DNA of 64,000 nucleotides from Bispira polyomma (taxonomy: Eukaryota). A program made the position numbers and the translations under genes. Positions 59,722 to 64,000 of this stretch are shown here, one piece after another. The notes under the pieces are model-generated. The model worked only from the letters and a program-made list of their open reading frames with translations. It made no database searches and had not been told where the DNA came from. The stretch is from NCBI GenBank assembly GCA_965649765.1, contig OZ287750.1, positions 13,020,001 through 13,084,000 on the forward strand, in the 5' to 3' direction. Numbering within the stretch: position 1 is the stretch's first letter; the number at the start of each line of letters is the position of its first letter.

Positions 59722-60116
59722 ATGGGGAATTGCATTGGCAAGACTCAAGAAAGTCCCCCAATAATCAGCACGGGGGAAAACCCTCAACGGACAGGTCCCC
59801 CGAAACTTCCTGAAACACAGAATGGTAATGTGTCAAATTTGCCTAATATTGACACTGACCCTGGATTTAACGCTGGAGCAGTGCTTTCGCCATCCCCGTC
59901 ACGCCCAGTGGATGTACCAGCCATTAAGGCCTTCGTTGCACTTTATGACTATGATGCCCGCACAGATGAAGATCTTAGTTTTAAAAAGGGGGAAGTGTTG
60001 GAAATCTTAAATGACACTCAAGGTGATTGGTGGTATGCCCGATCAAAAGTATCAAAACTACAGGGATATATTCCATCAAATTATGTTGCAAAAGTAAAAA
60101 GTTTAGAATCCGAACC
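59722..60116 (+). CDS. Src42A: Src42A-like coding exon 1 (unique region + SH3)
   Basis: ORF 59722; donor CC|GTAAGT. A strong acceptor at 59590 implies an upstream non-coding exon. Confidence 0.93.
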
Positions 60117-63100
60117 GTAAGTAATTTTTTTATCTCCACCGCCTCACTAGATATTTTCATCATTGACAAAGTAAATGTACTTTTAATCAAAGTAAACATG
60201 TGGAAGTTATATTGACTGTAGATAAGAGGTTAATCCATCACAATAATACTAAAACATAGAAGTACATTCAATTTTGAAGGCATTTAATTAAATATTATTG
60301 CAATAACCATATTATCTACATGGCGAAAATAACTAGCGAGACAGTGGTAGTACTGTATCAGTACCAAATATATCATGAGTAATTTTATCATACATATCCT
60401 GTTTTTATAAAACATTCTGTTACACAGTAGAATGTACTAAATTCTGAGACTGAACATGATTTTTTCTTTCCCAATGCGTGTTGTGCACCCATAACTAAAA
60501 ATACAATGTAGTGCTTTTTTATTGTATAGTTTACCATTGTAAATAGACAAAAATAATGTATCAAAGGGCAGAATGGGTCTATTAAATTATACGTCAGTGC
60601 TACTCCACATGTATTGTATTTTGCCAGGTGACTATTAATGTTTTTGGAGTACCTCAATATTACAAAACTGGTATATTAAGAATATTATGCCATTCCGTAA
60701 TTGAGACATCAAAAGTCAGGAAGTCCATAATGCAATCTTAAGCACGACATGGAGGAGGACAGTATTATATATAAGAGATTTTTAACGTGTCTAATTGATG
60801 CCTGGCATCTTCTAAAACCCAACTTCATTGATAAGGTTGTTATAATTAGATTGTTTCTAATGCAAATTCATGATCAGGGAGGTGTTGTGGAGAAGAACGA
60901 TGTCTATGGAGGGTAAGCAAAGGTGAAAAGATGGGTCTTAAGATTGCTTCTGAAACCAGAGAGGGTTTCTGAGATCTTGCATTGGCTGGTAAATTGTTTC
61001 AAGGGTTGTGATACAACAGAGAATGCATACAATGCAATCAGTTACTGGTTCTCGTATCAGAGATTTGGTTTACCCTGGTAAGCCTGCTAAAATTGACAGC
61101 TTTGTATGTAGTGACATTGGTCATGAAGATAATGCAATACTTGATAGGTAGCCCATGGAGCCTAGAGTACAATAGCAAAAACACCTTCATAAAAGATCAT
61201 TGATGCAGCCTTTTTTAGCTAGCACAAGTGGTATTGACTTTGAAAACATAATTATCACTATTTTCCAATGAATCACTAGATGGATATTATGAAGGTATTT
61301 AAGTTAAGTTGGACTACTTAGAAAGTATTTAACAAGAGCGTTGGTATGGTATAAAATTGGGTGTACAAATGATTATTATCAAAAAAGGGACATTTATAAT
61401 GATAGCTGATAGCTATATGTATAAAAAAGTGCTTTTTTCCTCAAATTTATAGTAAAACGCAAAGTACTAATTTGAGTAGGGTTTATGTTACATAAATGAT
61501 ATCACATTTTAATAATATTGTGTAAATTCTTGTTACAGATGGTATTTTGGCAAAATTAAAAGAATAGAAGCTGAGAAAAAATTATTACAACCAGAGAATG
61601 AACATGGTGCATTTTTAATCCGTGACAGCGAAAGTAGGAGAAATGATTTCTCTTTATCAGGTAAGTTCAGGACACCATTATTAGACGTTTAGGAGTCGCA
61701 GAAAAAATATGTAACATTGAAATACTGAGTTTAAACTTCAAAACTGTGCAGAAGAGATGAGTTGTCAGTAGTTGACCTATGAAATACTTGGTTTAATAAT
61801 GTTGTAAAGACCATTTGTGTTAACTTAAGAAGGCTTCTTTGGTCAGCTATGGTTAGATATAATTATACAATTTATATGGGGCATATTGTAGTGGAATGCA
61901 ATTACACTAGACATTTTTTTTTCATTTTAAAGTTTCTGGCTCCTTGACAATTGAGGACAAATGGAAGTTCAACTTTCTTAAATTAATAATGGTTATAAAA
62001 TTAGTGTAAATGTAAAATTTTTGTTGTTTTATTTGCAAAAGAGAATGTTGTGTTTTAAGGCAGTTAAACAGCTCATCAATTTGTAGCACTTTATGTAGGA
62101 TACATGGCCTTGGTAAGCTTGGAAGGAGTATAGATTTCCTGTAACATTAGCCCCAAGAACTGATTAAGTTTTTATTGAGTTTATACTCAACTCTGATTTT
62201 TACTGTCCTTGCTGTAGGTTTAGCTCACTTGTGGTTCTGTATCTGTGATATCACACAAGTTGAAATTATAGCTGGATTGAAGTTTAACTGATAATTTATG
62301 GAACTTTTATGTGAAAGTGTTGTATAAATATAAAATTCTATTGGATATTAATTGTAAATGTTCAAGTGTATCAGTACAAATTTAGATTTCAAGAAACTAC
62401 CCTCCAAGCTATTGTTTTCTGAGTTTCATAGCTCACAAAGGTTTAGATTGTACTTAAAAAATTAAATTGCAGGTAGTGCCTCCTGGTACTATTTTTCACA
62501 TAGGACTGATTGGAACAAAAGTACAGAATATTCTTTAAATCCATATGTCCAACTGAAAGTAACTTTCTTTTGTTCACACACTTCTTAATTGGTCTTCAAC
62601 TAAATTCTAATTTAACATGCAAATAAGTAAAATATCTCTTGTGGTGGAAACCAATTGTAAAGGATAAACAGAACTCTGTTTATCCAAACAGAGACATAGC
62701 TTTTGAATAGAAAAATGGAACAGAGTACACAGGAGACCTACACAATGATAAAGGGTAGAGTGATTAAATGGGCAAAACTGACAATTTTTCGATGTTAACA
62801 TAATGTGTCACTACCATCTACCATTTACTACCGATACACTGGTATTGCAACTATAAAGTAGAAAAATGTAATCAAATAATAACTCTCTATATAAAGTATA
62901 AATAAGTTAAATATTTTACTATTTAGAAGTTTATTTTAGAGATCGGCAACATTCGTTCGGCATGTCAAAAATGTTTTATTGTCATTCCCCGCTAACAATA
63001 TTTCTTTAATGAATAGATAGAATACAATGTGCTTTTATAACACAAATAAAATGCCTTTTAATGAAAGAAATGATACATACTTACATAGAAAAGGGTGTTT

Positions 63101-63657
63101 GTTGTTTCTAGTGCTTTTATCTTATGAAGTTTAACCCAAAGACAGAGTACTACTGTAAAAACCTTGGGAGTATCACCCATAGAGTCGATTTTTCTAAGGC
63201 ACATGTTTAAAAACTTGAGGGACACATCAGTTTAATTCGGTTAATTTGGATTCATGGATGAATAGAGGTTGGATAAACAGGCTTCTGTATGTGTGCCCAG
63301 GACATCTCAAAATTCTAGCATTCAATGCTATTAAGTAGTTCATTTTCTGTCACATTTCAGTCTATAATTTTTTTGATATATAACTGTTACAGTCATGGTC
63401 GTGGTATGTTCTTAGAAATCATCCCCAATGAAAGCCAAGTTTCTTAGTTAATGAAAACACCTATTGTGTCCTATCATTTCAATTTTTTTGCAGTCCGAGA
63501 TGGAGATACAGTGAAGCATTACAGAATCCGACAACTAGATGAAGGTGGTTTCTTCATAGCAAGAAGAGTCACATTTAGAACTCTAGCAGAATTGGTGGAG
63601 CATTATAGCAGAGATGCAGATGGGCTCTGTGTTAATCTCAGGAAGCCATGTTCACAA
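59722..63657 (+). CDS. Src42A: Src42A/FRK-family non-receptor tyrosine kinase, 5' part (unique, SH3, SH2); continues beyond the window
   Basis: join(59722-60116,61539-61660,63494-63657), GT-AG, phases consistent. MGNC myristoylation/palmitoylation start; SH3 [21 protein letters not shown]...GYIPSNYV; SH2 [16 protein letters not shown]...FLIRDSES...[19 protein letters not shown]. Confidence 0.93.
60775..61165 (-). mobile_element. CR1/L2-group LINE 3' fragment in a kinase intron
   Basis: Colinear with 31225-31650 (same 3' UTR; [12 protein letters not shown]). Shorter tails of this family occur at ~27560-27655 and ~30040-30290. Confidence 0.75.
61539..61660 (+). CDS. Src42A: Src42A-like coding exon 2 (SH2 N-half)
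   Basis: ttacag|[40 protein letters not shown]|gtaagt. Confidence 0.95.
63494..63657 (+). CDS. Src42A: Src42A-like coding exon 3 (SH2 C-half)
   Basis: ttgcag|[54 protein letters not shown]|gtaagc. Confidence 0.95.
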
Positions 63658-64000
63658 GTAAGCATTAGTTGCATCATGTAGAACTCTGAAATCCTTTGTA
63701 AGATAGTTTGGATATGCTGGGCTCAGAAATTACAGTTTTGTAATACATTACCACGTAAAATAAATATATTCATTATCGCTAGTCACATACTACTATTACT
63801 TTCAGAAAGAGGTCTTTGAATATAAATTCTGTATTGCATGTAGTTATAGTCTTATATACTTAATACATGCCTTCGTGCATGTAGTGTAACAGACGGTAGA
63901 GCGGATACTTACTGACCGTATGCGACTGAACCGGTTCCATTCGATCGTACATCAGTAAAAACCGGTTTTGCCTCGCATATAAACTAATCACATTGAAATA

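Overview
AT-rich, intron-containing metazoan DNA. The repeat families and Src42A-type kinase suggest a lophotrochozoan such as a mollusc, but the species cannot be determined from sequence alone. There are two host genes, both on the + strand. THOC1 (THO complex subunit 1) is complete: 20 coding exons, 4693-27992, 666 aa when spliced by hand with all phases consistent. A Src42A/FRK-type tyrosine kinase contributes its first three coding exons (59722-63657) and runs off the window. Between them is an ~19 kb stack of nested transposons that can be reconstructed from the junctions. A CR1/L2-type LINE is split by an Academ-like DNA transposon (~730 bp TIRs, 3-bp TSD). The left TIR is split by an RTE-type LINE, whose microsatellite tail holds a structurally complete but decayed DIRS retrotransposon (ITRs, ICR, gag, RT/RNase H/MT, tyrosine recombinase). 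The DIRS carries two SINEs and a 6.6 kb insert with inverted satellite arms enclosing four further tandem arrays. A decayed Ginger2-like element with Ulp1 protease and PHD domains lies at 54181-57109. THOC1 introns show three independent tandem amplifications that create decoy splice sites next to real ones. I found no intact novel protein-coding system. The best candidates for something undescribed are the satellite-armed foldback-like cassette and the THOC1 decoy splice-site arrays. All family names come from recalled motifs, not database searches.
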